In this document: positions 16,025 to 24,711 of the stretch, piece by piece
Layout: each line of letters begins with the position of its first letter
Position numbering within the stretch: the stretch's first letter is position 1
IMG/VR virus record: IMGVR_UViG_3300037419_001758
Location: 1-41,096 of that record
DNA length: 41,096 bases
Source: a virus
Lineage: Duplodnaviria > Caudoviricetes
Reading direction: 5' to 3' (one strand)
Notes under the pieces: model-generated
What the model was told of the DNA's origin: nothing
Database searches by the model: none
The model's input: only the letters and a program-made list of their open reading frames with translations
Program-made: the position numbers and the translations under genes

Positions 16025-16298
16025 CGTTCTTCTCCGGCCGGCCCCGGCGCTGCGGTTGGAACGCTTCCAGGTCGCTGACGGAGAACCAGAGGACAGGGCC
16101 ACGGGGCGTCTCCTCACGCAGGTGCGGCAGGCGGCCGGCGCGGGCCAAGCGGCGCACTTCCTGCACGGAGCGAGAGAGGAAATCCGCGGCCTGCGCGGTG
16201 CTCAGCTTATCCGCCGAGCCATAAGCGTTGCCCGCATCATCCACCCAAACCGGGATGCCGTAGGACGAGGCGGGATGATCGGTGGTCTGGCGGAACAT
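16005..16298 (-). CDS. Excisionase/HTH_17-like DNA-binding protein
   Basis: LSTAQAADFLSRSVQEVRRLARAGRLP...WFSVSDLEAF and an AT-hook-like RRGRP. Confidence 0.8.
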   Translation of the reverse strand: MFRQTTDHPASSYGIPVWVDDAGNAYGSADKLSTAQAADFLSRSVQEVRRLARAGRLPHLREETPRGPVLWFSVSDLEAFQPQRRGRPEKNEKVPSE

Positions 16299-16648
16299 CA
16301 GGCAACTCCCAGGATGTAGGCGGCGAGGATTTCGTTGTTCACTGCCGGGAAGCCCTCGGAATTCTTGCGGAGCAGGCCGTCCTCTGTCAGCGCGTCTCCG
16401 TCGATCACCAGCACCACGCCCTCGCCGCCGTTGAACTCATCGCGGACATATTCCGCCTCTTCGCGGTTGGCAGTCAGAGAGATCATCGCGCCGTCCTCGA
16501 AGAGGTAGTTCTCGTTCGCCTCGGTCCAGCGGTTGGCGATCCCCTGGGCCTCTTCGTCGGAGAGCAACCCGCGCTCCACCTGCGCCAGCAGGGACAGCAG
16601 ATCCTCTCCCTGGCGGTAGTTGCGATTGGTTGCGTGGTAGAGCGTCAT
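16298..16648 (-). CDS. Small protein with ADP-ribosyltransferase-like fold motifs
   Basis: TLYHAT, ISLTANREEA, VVLVID, EI.AAYI. Pattern typical of ART/Tpt1-like folds; GGAGA RBS. Confidence 0.55.
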   Translation of the reverse strand: MTLYHATNRNYRQGEDLLSLLAQVERGLLSDEEAQGIANRWTEANENYLFEDGAMISLTANREEAEYVRDEFNGGEGVVLVIDGDALTEDGLLRKNSEGFPAVNNEILAAYILGVA

Positions 16649-16679
16649 CGTCTTCTCCGTGCTTGCTGCTTACGTATTT

Positions 16680-16708
16680 ATTGTAGCGCACGGGAATTAT
16701 TATGTCAA
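16680..16708 (-). promoter_or_regulatory. Near-consensus sigma70 promoter of the moron
   Basis: TTGACA N17 TACAAT on the minus strand, overlapped by the imperfect repeat AGCGCRCGGGAAYTATT (16685-16701, 16708-16724). Confidence 0.8.
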
Positions 16709-16736
16709 GCGCGCGGGAACTATTTTCCGAAAATAA

Positions 16737-17327
16737 ATGCTGACCCTCACCAACGCGCTGATCGACAGCGCCCTCGCCCGGCTGGGCCTGCACCGACGCC
16801 AGAACGGCGAGACGGCGCTCCTGGGCATCCGCGGCAGCATCCCGCTGGATGGGCACACGATTAAGAACGGGCAGGATGCGCAGAACACCTATAACGACAG
16901 CGTCGTGGTTTACGGCCCTACTCTGCGCGTGTTCCAGGCCAGCGTGGACCCCGGAGCTACCTACACGGAGCATCCCGACAACCCACAGGGCTGTGCGCAT
17001 CTGCTGGATGGCTCCTACATGTACCAGTGGGGCGACCATAAGGGGCATCTGGCGCTGGTAGAGGCGAGCGAGGTGCGCATCTGGCGGGACCGCAACCGGA
17101 GCGGCGAGCGCACCGCTGATGACCCGGTAGAGACGGGGATCTTCGGCATCCACATCCACAGCGGCGGCCCTGGCCCCTACGTCGGCCCGTGGAGCGCTGG
17201 CTGTCAAGTTATTCGCAGTAACCCAGCGTGGGGCGGCGCGTGGCTCCAGTTCGTGCAGCTCCTCCAGCAGAGCGGACAGCACAGCTTTGCCTACACCCTG
17301 ATCGACGCCAAGGATTTGAACGGGTGA
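16737..17327 (+). CDS. Endolysin/peptidoglycan hydrolase, His-Cys (YkuD-like) WSAGCQV type
   Basis: LLGIRG, YND, SVDPG, WRDRNRSG, FGIHIH, WSAGCQV, FAYTLID. Confidence 0.75.
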   Translation: MLTLTNALIDSALARLGLHRRQNGETALLGIRGSIPLDGHTIKNGQDAQNTYNDSVVVYGPTLRVFQASVDPGATYTEHPDNPQGCAHLLDGSYMYQWGDHKGHLALVEASEVRIWRDRNRSGERTADDPVETGIFGIHIHSGGPGPYVGPWSAGCQVIRSNPAWGGAWLQFVQLLQQSGQHSFAYTLIDAKDLNG

Positions 17328-17328
17328 G

Positions 17329-17550
17329 ATGCCCTGGCGCCCCACCGAGTATGCGATGATCCGCTGCTGGGTGGACGGGCGCTCCTGGTGGTATGAGGAC
17401 CACGGCGCTACGCCCCGAGAGGCGCGGGTGCTGGCCTGGGCCGCGTGGTGGGCGCTCTCTCCGGCGCAGCAGCGGTTGGAGCTGGTGATCGTACCCCTCG
17501 CCGCGCCGGACCGCCCGTGCTACAGCGTGAGCCGTGAGCCGATTAGCTGA
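17329..17550 (+). CDS. Hypothetical protein
   Basis: Fills the gap between endolysin and terS; TGATG coupling. Confidence 0.5.
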   Translation: MPWRPTEYAMIRCWVDGRSWWYEDHGATPREARVLAWAAWWALSPAQQRLELVIVPLAAPDRPCYSVSREPIS

Positions 17551-18110
17551 TGGAACCCGAGAAGTCCTTGAACCCGCGTCAGAAGAAGTTCCTGGCGGCC
17601 TACCTGGTGAACGGCGGCAACGCGACGGCCGCGGCGCGGGAAGCGGGTTACGCCAACGCCAGGGTGGAGGGCTACCGGCTGACCCGCGTGCCGGCGATCT
17701 CCGCAGCCATCAAGGAGCACCTGGACGCGGCTGCAATGTCCGCGGAAGAGGTCCTGGCCCGGCTGGCGGACCATGCGCGGGGCGACCTCGCGGACTTCAT
17801 CGACATCGGGCGTTCGGGCCGTTGGAAGCTGGATCTGAAGAAAGCTGAAAAGCTTGGTCTGCTCCACCTGGTCAAGAAGATCAGCTACGACCGGAAAGGC
17901 AACCCGACGCTGGAGCTGCACGATGCGCAGGCGGCGCTCCAGCTCCTGGCCAAGCACCACGGCCTGCTGACGGAGAAGGTGGAGCACAGCGGTACGGTGC
18001 GGATCGAAGATGTCCTTGGCAGTCTTGACCCCGAGTCAGCAGCAGGAGTTCGCCGAGCGCTTACTGACGCTTTACGGCCCGGCGGAGGTGGAGCGCGCGC
18101 TGGGGAATGA
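17550..18110 (+). CDS. terS: Terminase small subunit
   Basis: LNPRQKKFLAAYL..GNATAAAREAGY...ALQLLAKHHGLL.EKVEHSG. Confidence 0.9.
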   Translation: MEPEKSLNPRQKKFLAAYLVNGGNATAAAREAGYANARVEGYRLTRVPAISAAIKEHLDAAAMSAEEVLARLADHARGDLADFIDIGRSGRWKLDLKKAEKLGLLHLVKKISYDRKGNPTLELHDAQAALQLLAKHHGLLTEKVEHSGTVRIEDVLGSLDPESAAGVRRALTDALRPGGGGARAGE

Positions 18111-19500
18111 GATCACGCTGCCGACCTTGTGCTCGTTCGTGGAAGCGACGGTGGTCTTCCAGCTTCATCCGTGGCAGCGAGACCACCTGTGCCCCATTCT
18201 GGAGCGGCTGCGGACAGAGCGGGGTTTGCGGATTGCGCTCCATGGTCCGCCGCAGTACGGCAAAAGCGTGATCACGTCGCAGCGGCTTCCAGCCTACCTG
18301 ATTGGTTGTGACCCCACTGCCCGCGTAGGGCTCGCCTGCTACAACGAGACGCACGCGACGGGGTTTGGGCAGGTCATCAAGGACTTGTTGTTGGGGCAGG
18401 AGTTTATAGAGTTATTCCCGGATGCGCGGTGTCGGATCACGAAGGATGCGCCTGCCGCACGATTTGCCACCGCAGGACGTCAGGCGCAAGCGGATGCACA
18501 ACCGTCCTTTCTAGCCATGGGGCTGCTCTCCGGCTTTACCGGCAAGGGCGTTGATCATCTCATCATTGACGACCCCTATAAGAGTGCGGACGACGCGCGA
18601 AGCGCCACGATCAACGAGAAAGTGTGGCGCTGGTGGAGCCAGACGGCCGGGCCCCGCATTCCGGACACTACCAATGTGGTAGTGATGTTCCACCGCTACC
18701 ACGAAGACGATTTTGCGGGGCGTCTGCTGCAGGAAGGTTTTGAATACGTGCGGTTTCCCGCCATCGCGGACACCAATCCGGACGGAAGCGATCCCACCGG
18801 ACGTCGAGTAGGGGAGTTGCTTTCACCGATGCGGTCCCAGGCGTGGCTTGATAAGCAGCGAGAGAGGGACGCCATCACCTTCGCCGGTCAGTTTCAGGGC
18901 ACGCCGCTCCCGGATGAGGGTGGCTTTTTTAATGCCGAGCGGTTCACACCGGTAGATGCTCTTGAGGTGCCAGCAGGGCTGCTGACGGTGCGGGCCTGGG
19001 ACCTGGCCGCCACGCAAGATGCGGGCGACTGGACCGTAGGCGTGAAGATGGGCATGGACGTGGATGGCGGCTTTTGGGTGCTGGATGTGGTCCGGGGGCG
19101 ATGGAGCACCGATCGGCGTAATCTGATCATTCGTCAGACCGCCGAGCAGGATGGGGTAGGGGTGGTAATTCACGGCCCACAGGACCCAGGCGCGGCGGGG
19201 GTGGAAGCGGCACAGGCTTTTGTCCGGCTCCTGCGTGGGTTCAAGGTGCGCACGGAGCGCGTGAGTGGCTCCAAGGCCGTGCGGGCTGATGCCTACTCGG
19301 CCCAGGTGAATGGCGGCAATGTGCGAATGGTGCGGGCGCCATGGAACCCGGCCTTTAAGGCGGAGCACAAAGCCTTCATCCCGGACAACGCCGCGGGGGT
19401 GGATGACCAGATCGACGCGGCGGCAGATGCCTTCAACCGCCTAGCGGGACGGCCACAGCGCAAGCCGGGCTGGAGAGGATCGACGGGTGGATATAGCTAA
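18010..19500 (+). CDS. terL: Terminase large subunit
   Basis: PPQYGKS Walker A; IIDDPYK Walker B; RAWDLAAT; GSKAVRA; DDQIDA nuclease motif. Confidence 0.95.
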   Translation: MSLAVLTPSQQQEFAERLLTLYGPAEVERALGNEITLPTLCSFVEATVVFQLHPWQRDHLCPILERLRTERGLRIALHGPPQYGKSVITSQRLPAYLIGCDPTARVGLACYNETHATGFGQVIKDLLLGQEFIELFPDARCRITKDAPAARFATAGRQAQADAQPSFLAMGLLSGFTGKGVDHLIIDDPYKSADDARSATINEKVWRWWSQTAGPRIPDTTNVVVMFHRYHEDDFAGRLLQEGFEYVRFPAIADTNPDGSDPTGRRVGELLSPMRSQAWLDKQRERDAITFAGQFQGTPLPDEGGFFNAERFTPVDALEVPAGLLTVRAWDLAATQDAGDWTVGVKMGMDVDGGFWVLDVVRGRWSTDRRNLIIRQTAEQDGVGVVIHGPQDPGAAGVEAAQAFVRLLRGFKVRTERVSGSKAVRADAYSAQVNGGNVRMVRAPWNPAFKAEHKAFIPDNAAGVDDQIDAAADAFNRLAGRPQRKPGWRGSTGGYS

Positions 19501-21154
19501 CGCCAAAACGCTCGCCGCGGCGCTCATCAACGTGCAGCGCGCCCCGGCCGGCTGGGAGATCGTCCAGCGGCTGGGGCAGGAGGCGCAGGCATACCATGAG
19601 CTAAATCCGTACCCCTACTTCCACTTCTCCGAGTGGAAGACAGAGGAGCGCGGCCCGTATCCGCGGTGCATGCCGTTCGTGCGGACGGCGGTCCTGCGCG
19701 GCGCCCGGTGGCTGTTCAGCAAGCCGGTGCAGATCAACGCCGGCCCCCAGCCGGAGCGAGGGGTGCCGCGCGATAACCCGCTGGAGGACTACCTGCGCGC
19801 GGCGTGGCAGGCGAACCGGATGCCCACGCGGATGGTCGCGGCGGCGGCCCGGGCCGCGCAGCAGGGCGGGATGGCGCTCAAGTTCGCATACGACAAGGCC
19901 GCGCCGGTGCCGCTCTCGTTCCAGACGCTAGCGGCCGATACCGTGCGGTGCTACTACCATCCGCACAACCGCAACCAACTGCTGATGGTGCGGGTGCAGT
20001 ACCCGTATCAGGACCCGGTGACTGGCAATTGGATGCTGTACCGGGAGGAGTGGACGGCGGAGGAAGAGGTCCACTACCAGCCGATTGCGGCACAGATCGT
20101 GCCGACGTGGATCAGCACGCCGCAGGGGAACGTCGCGGGGCTGCCGTACTTCACGGCGCTGGGGGACAACGCGCTGCCGGACAACTCCGGCGCGTGGGGC
20201 GAGCCGCAGCGAAAGCCGAACCCGTTCGGGATCATTCCGATCACGCCCATCAAGAACCTCGACGCGGATGATTGCGACGGCATTGGTGACCTCTGGGGGC
20301 TGTTCCGGGCCGTGGATCGGGTCAACCTGATCTATGCGCTGATGGACCGCAGCAACCAGTTCGATAGCCAGCCGAACCTGATTTTCCTGGACGTGGACGT
20401 GGATCAGCAGGAGGCGGACAAGCCGCTGGCGGCCGGTCAGCCGGCCAGCTTCAAGAGCGACGGGGACGCGCAGGGCGAGCGCAAGGGCCAGATCATCATG
20501 GCGGAGGCGAGCGGCAAGCTCCGGTCCGCGATGATGGAGCACGCGAAGGACCTGCGGAGTCAGATCCTGGCGGCCTGTTCGTCCGTGGAAGTCGACCAGG
20601 CCGAGTTCACAAACAAGGGCAACCTCACGCAGGCGGTGCTCGCGCAGCTCTACGGGCCGCTGATCGAGATCACCGACGAGAAGCGGAAGACGTACGGCGA
20701 GGACGGGATCTGCAAGTTCCTGGAGAGCGTGTGCGTCGGGCTGACCAACGCCGGGCTCCGGCTGCCGGAGTTCAAGGGCGTCAAGGTCGACGACCACGAC
20801 ACCTACGACGTGACCCTCAAGTGGGCTCCGTACTTCGCGCTGACGGAAGAGGAGAAGCAGACCGTTGTTAAGCGCCTTACCGATGAGGTGGATGCCGGGG
20901 TAATGACCACAGAGCGCGTGGCGGAACACGTCGCGCAGCTTGAGGGGATCGAAGATGTTGCCGCCTTCCTCAAGGAACTGAAAGATCGCGACAGCGATAC
21001 CGGCGGCGGTGAAGCGGACGACCCGATCAAGCTCTACCAGGGCGGTATCATCACGCGCAACGAGGCGCGAAAGATGAAGGGATTGGGGCCAGCACACCAG
21101 GCGGATAGCGGCCCCGCGCCAGACGATCCCGGAGCGGAGTCGCCCCATGTCTAA
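19487..21154 (+). CDS. Portal protein (SPP1 gp6-like)
   Basis: Position after terL, 555 aa, NPFGIIP, GIGDL, GNLT..AL..LYGPL...KR..YG. Confidence 0.85.
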   Translation: MDIANAKTLAAALINVQRAPAGWEIVQRLGQEAQAYHELNPYPYFHFSEWKTEERGPYPRCMPFVRTAVLRGARWLFSKPVQINAGPQPERGVPRDNPLEDYLRAAWQANRMPTRMVAAAARAAQQGGMALKFAYDKAAPVPLSFQTLAADTVRCYYHPHNRNQLLMVRVQYPYQDPVTGNWMLYREEWTAEEEVHYQPIAAQIVPTWISTPQGNVAGLPYFTALGDNALPDNSGAWGEPQRKPNPFGIIPITPIKNLDADDCDGIGDLWGLFRAVDRVNLIYALMDRSNQFDSQPNLIFLDVDVDQQEADKPLAAGQPASFKSDGDAQGERKGQIIMAEASGKLRSAMMEHAKDLRSQILAACSSVEVDQAEFTNKGNLTQAVLAQLYGPLIEITDEKRKTYGEDGICKFLESVCVGLTNAGLRLPEFKGVKVDDHDTYDVTLKWAPYFALTEEEKQTVVKRLTDEVDAGVMTTERVAEHVAQLEGIEDVAAFLKELKDRDSDTGGGEADDPIKLYQGGIITRNEARKMKGLGPAHQADSGPAPDDPGAESPHV

Positions 21155-21983
21155 CGGCGGCTTCATCAATGGCGGCGGAGGTGGTTTCTTCGTGGAGTCG
21201 GACCACCCGCGCGATGCCAAGGGGGAGTTCGCCAGCAAGGGCGGCTCGGGCGAGGATGGTTCGCCTGGTGGCAGACCCGGATCGGGTAGTGAGCGCGGCA
21301 AATCAACACAGCGGAGCCCCAGGGGCGCAGGTAAAAACGATCAAGGAAATGTTGCCAAAGCGACTGCCAAAGCGACTGCCACCGTCGATGCCAGCCAGAA
21401 GACGCGCGCAGCGGCCAAGGAATACTTTGGCCGCGAGATGTCCGACCGCGATTTTCAGGAGTTGATGGGTGCACCTGACGGTGCGCAGATTATGGTAGAC
21501 GCGCTGGATGGCGGAAACCTTGTATTTCACGTCCAGCACCCTCTCTACCAGCAGATGCATTTGGCATATGCCGTGCAAATGCCAAATGGTATGAAGTTCC
21601 TGCGATTGGAACTCTACCATCTGAAGGACAATGCCCCGGAAGGGATGGGCGCGCAAGCATTCGGGCAGTGGGTGAAGAAGGGCCGCGAACTGGGGCTGAA
21701 GGCGATTTATATCCCCACGGCGGCGCGCAATTCGCAGATGGTGGGATATTACGTTTGGCCGCGTTTTGGGGCTGATGAGGAAATACCGGAAGAGCTGATT
21801 AGCGAGCTTCCCGAGTCGCTGAAATCATGCAAAGACCTCTCCGATTTGATGAAATCAAAAGAGGGAAAAGAGTGGTGGAGAGCGAAAGGTATTACGACCA
21901 GTTGCGCGTTTGAATTAGATCCGGAAAGCGTCTCTTCCCAGATCTGGGCCGATTATTGCGCTGAAAAAGGCATCCCTCAATGA
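21147..21983 (+). CDS. Head-region protein with HPRDxxGxF N-terminus and GNAT-like C-terminal domain
   Basis: ESDHPRDAKGEFASKGG; Gly-rich linker; APEGMGAQAF (acetyl-CoA loop-like) and GYYVWPRFG; lower GC3. Confidence 0.6.
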   Translation: MSNGGFINGGGGGFFVESDHPRDAKGEFASKGGSGEDGSPGGRPGSGSERGKSTQRSPRGAGKNDQGNVAKATAKATATVDASQKTRAAAKEYFGREMSDRDFQELMGAPDGAQIMVDALDGGNLVFHVQHPLYQQMHLAYAVQMPNGMKFLRLELYHLKDNAPEGMGAQAFGQWVKKGRELGLKAIYIPTAARNSQMVGYYVWPRFGADEEIPEELISELPESLKSCKDLSDLMKSKEGKEWWRAKGITTSCAFELDPESVSSQIWADYCAEKGIPQ

Positions 21984-22156
21984 GCAAATTCACGGACCTC
22001 ATCCCGCAGATGGCGGAGGCCAGCGACAAGGTGGTTAAAGACCGGAGCGTAGGCGCAGTGGCGCAGCCGCTCACCGATGAGGACGAAGCGATCCTGGACC
22101 GCGCCTGGGAAAAGGTCAGCAAGCAGCAGGAAGAGTCTGAACCTTCGACCGAATAG
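21980..22156 (+). CDS. Small acidic protein (58 aa), possible immunity partner
   Basis: Own translation MSKFTDLIPQ...LTDEDEAILDRAWEKVSKQQEESEPSTE; ATGA coupled to the upstream gene. Confidence 0.65.
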   Translation: MSKFTDLIPQMAEASDKVVKDRSVGAVAQPLTDEDEAILDRAWEKVSKQQEESEPSTE

Positions 22157-22239
22157 CCGTCACCACCCAGGCCCAGGATGACGCGCGGCTGGAGAAGACG
22201 CTGGCGGTGAAGCAAGGAGCTGCAGATGGCGGGGACAGG

Positions 22240-22476
22240 CTAAATCACGTTAGGCCGCTTCCACTCGGGATGGCCAATAGCGTCCATGTAGCGGTTATGC
22301 ACGGTGAATAGAACGCGATAGGCACACATCAAACCAGGGTCGATGCCCCCATAAGGCGCTGTCGTCACCTTGTCTTCCAGCCATTTGAGAGCAACTTCGG
22401 TCTGGATGCCGTTGAAATCCGTCTCCGGGCAGTTGAACACCAGCTGAACGGTATCTTCCGCAGTTTGCGTTTCCAT
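22240..22476 (-). CDS. Hypothetical antisense moron protein (78 aa)
   Basis: Lower-GC ORF with GAGGAA upstream, occupying an otherwise empty gap. Confidence 0.5.
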   Translation of the reverse strand: METQTAEDTVQLVFNCPETDFNGIQTEVALKWLEDKVTTAPYGGIDPGLMCAYRVLFTVHNRYMDAIGHPEWKRPNVI

Positions 22477-22504
22477 ACTCGAATTCTATCGTTTTCCTCT
22501 CACG

Positions 22505-22533
22505 GCCTCGCCCGAGAGTGGGCGAGGCTTTTT
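22505..22533 (+). terminator. Intrinsic terminator before the scaffold gene
   Basis: GCCTCGCCC-GAGAGT-GGGCGAGGC-TTTTT. Confidence 0.7.
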
Positions 22534-22572
22534 CACGGCCCCCTGTGAGCCCATCGCAGAGACAAGGACAGT

Positions 22573-23112
22573 ATGAGCGAACCAGCAAACCCAACCCCGG
22601 CGGCTGAACCGGGAGAGAACAGCACGATCAAGCACCTGCGGGAGACCGCAGAGGCTGCGAACCGTGCCGCCAAAGAAGCCGCTGATCGCGCAGCCGCCGC
22701 CGAGGCCAAGCTGACCGAGATCGAGCGCGCCAAGCTGGAAGAGAACGAGCGGCTGAAGCTCGAGCTCGCCGACGCGCGCAAGATCGAGATGGAAGCCGCG
22801 ACCCTCCGCGATGAGCTGGGGCGCTACCAGAGCACCCTCCAGGCGCAGTATGAGGCAGAGCTCGCCGCAGTCCCCGAAGAGAAGCGCGCCCTTGTGGCCC
22901 AGCTCTCCGGTTCCGGCTCCTGGCCGGACCGCGTGAAGGCGCTGCAGGCCGCGAAGTCCCTGGCCGGCACCGCTCCGGCAGCGGCTGGCACGATCACGCA
23001 GCCGGGAACCGGCACCCCGCCGGCACCGGGCGCGCCTCCGCCGACCAAGCTGGACCCGAAGAACCCGCCCCGCCTCACGGACGTGTTCAACCGCAGCGCC
23101 GGGGGCGGCTAA
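22573..23112 (+). CDS. Capsid scaffolding protein
   Basis: Long Ala/Glu coiled coil (KLTEIERAKLEENERLK), Pro-rich tail, directly upstream of the capsid gene. Confidence 0.8.
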   Translation: MSEPANPTPAAEPGENSTIKHLRETAEAANRAAKEAADRAAAAEAKLTEIERAKLEENERLKLELADARKIEMEAATLRDELGRYQSTLQAQYEAELAAVPEEKRALVAQLSGSGSWPDRVKALQAAKSLAGTAPAAAGTITQPGTGTPPAPGAPPPTKLDPKNPPRLTDVFNRSAGGG

Positions 23113-23186
23113 CCCCGGCATTTGACGGCCACCCACGGGCCTAAACGTGGAGAAACAACACTCTCCATCAGGAAAGGCAACTCGTC

Positions 23187-24194
23187 ATGGCATATCCCAA
23201 TGCCCTCACGCTGGGTCAGTACGCGATCCAGTCCAATGATCCGCTCGTGGCGGCCGTCACGTACTCCCTGATCGACAACGGCTCCATCATGGCGCGCGAC
23301 ATCCCGTTCGTGCCCAAGAAGTCGCTGAAAATCAACGGCGTGCGGTGGGAAGGCAACCTCCCGCCGGTGAACTGGTCGCAGATCAACGTGGACCCCACGG
23401 TGGTCTCCGGCACGCCGACGCCATACGCGGAGTCCGCGTATCTGCTCCGGAACGAAATCCAGGTCGATAAGGTCCTGGTCGAGGAGGAGAACCAGATCTC
23501 CGACCCGCGCGCCACGCAGGTTGAGGCGTATCTGAAGAGCGCGGCGTACGACTTCAACAACAAGTTCGTCAACAACGACCACGTGACCGGCGACAGCAAC
23601 GCGATCGTCGGCATCCGCTCCCGGATCGACAACGGCGGCACCTTCGGGGTGCGGCCGGAGAACAAGATCAACGGCGGCGGCGTGGACCTGACCTCTACCG
23701 GTATGACGGCGGCCACGTTCAACTCCTTCATGGAGCAGCTCGACCAGCTCCTCTGGTCCGTGGACTCTCCGGACGGCGATAACGTGACCCTCTACACCTG
23801 CCGGCAGGTGCTCTGGCGCATCAACCGCGGTATGCGGCAGTTCGCCGGCCAGGGCGGCTTCAGCCAGAACCAGGACCAGTATGGCCGGGGCGTGACGCAG
23901 TACAAAAACGCCACTTTCCGGGATGCCGGCAACATGGCCGACCAGGTGACGCAGATCATCACCAACACGGAGACGAGCGCGGGCGCCGCGGGCAGCAGCA
24001 CCTACAGCTCGATCTACGGGGTGAACTTCGGCGAGACCCATATGTTCGGCTGGCAGTTCGGCAACCTGGTGGCGAAGGACCTCGGCCTCCGCAACGGCGG
24101 CGTGATCTACTCCACGCTGATCGACTGGGCGGGCGGTCTGGCGAACGCCTCCAACCGCTCCCTGGGCCGCATCTACGGCCTGAAGCTGGCCTAG
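23187..24194 (+). CDS. Major capsid protein (HK97 fold)
   Basis: 335 aa after the scaffold; IPF, EIQVDK, FNNKFVN.D...GIRSRI, SSIYGVNFG, SLGRIYGLK; strong RBS and strongly biased codons. Confidence 0.9.
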   Translation: MAYPNALTLGQYAIQSNDPLVAAVTYSLIDNGSIMARDIPFVPKKSLKINGVRWEGNLPPVNWSQINVDPTVVSGTPTPYAESAYLLRNEIQVDKVLVEEENQISDPRATQVEAYLKSAAYDFNNKFVNNDHVTGDSNAIVGIRSRIDNGGTFGVRPENKINGGGVDLTSTGMTAATFNSFMEQLDQLLWSVDSPDGDNVTLYTCRQVLWRINRGMRQFAGQGGFSQNQDQYGRGVTQYKNATFRDAGNMADQVTQIITNTETSAGAAGSSTYSSIYGVNFGETHMFGWQFGNLVAKDLGLRNGGVIYSTLIDWAGGLANASNRSLGRIYGLKLA

Positions 24195-24280
24195 CCAGCC
24201 TCCACGCACCACTCTCGGGGCGGCGTTCTGGTGGACTTTCTCCCGGAGCGCCGTCCGCTCCATTTCCGGAGGGTAATCTC

Positions 24281-24625
24281 TTGGCTTACGACGTCAATCT
24301 CCAGCTTCAGGCCAGCACCACGCAGACGGCGACCTTCAACTCGACCGGCGTGGACCTGAAGACCGGCACCCCGCGGCGCGGGCTGGTCGCGCGGCTGCTC
24401 GTCACCGCCGCGTCCGGCACCACGCCGACCCTGGACCTGCAGGTTCAGCAGAGTGCGGACAACTCCACCTGGTACAACTGTGCGGCCATCCCGACGCAGA
24501 GCGCCGCGGGGGAGAGCTTCTGCACGTTCGAGACCAGTATGCGGTATGTGCGGGCAAAAGCCACCATCGGCGGCACGACCCCGAGCTTCACGTATCAGGT
24601 AGATGTGAGCGTTTCGCGCCCGTAG
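24281..24625 (+). CDS. Capsid decoration/cement-like beta-sandwich protein
   Basis: All-beta, VTAASGTTPTLD, RYVRAKATIGGTTPSF; GGAGGG RBS with TTG start. Confidence 0.65.
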   Translation: MAYDVNLQLQASTTQTATFNSTGVDLKTGTPRRGLVARLLVTAASGTTPTLDLQVQQSADNSTWYNCAAIPTQSAAGESFCTFETSMRYVRAKATIGGTTPSFTYQVDVSVSRP

Positions 24626-24632
24626 CACCACC

Positions 24633-24690
24633 GGCCGGCGGGGGCGGCGCTCTAAGCCGCCGATGCGGGGTTCGACTCCCCGCCCGGCCT
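24633..24690 (+). ncRNA. D-armless tRNA-like element (58 nt)
   Basis: GGCCGG/CCGGCC acceptor; GGCGGC-GCTCTAA-GCCGCC anticodon-like arm; canonical GCGGGG-TTCGACT-CCCCGC T-arm. Confidence 0.55.
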
Positions 24691-24711
24691 TCTCACTCTC
24701 TCTAATCCCCC

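Noticed and set aside
21353-21380. TGCCAAAGCGAC tandem repeat
   Set aside because: Short in-frame repeat encoding the AKAT linker; no independent role evident.
24633-24690. A functional canonical tRNA or pyrrolysine tRNA
   Set aside because: No D arm, no U33 in the best-paired loop register, no encoded CCA and no pyl genes; kept only as tRNA-like.
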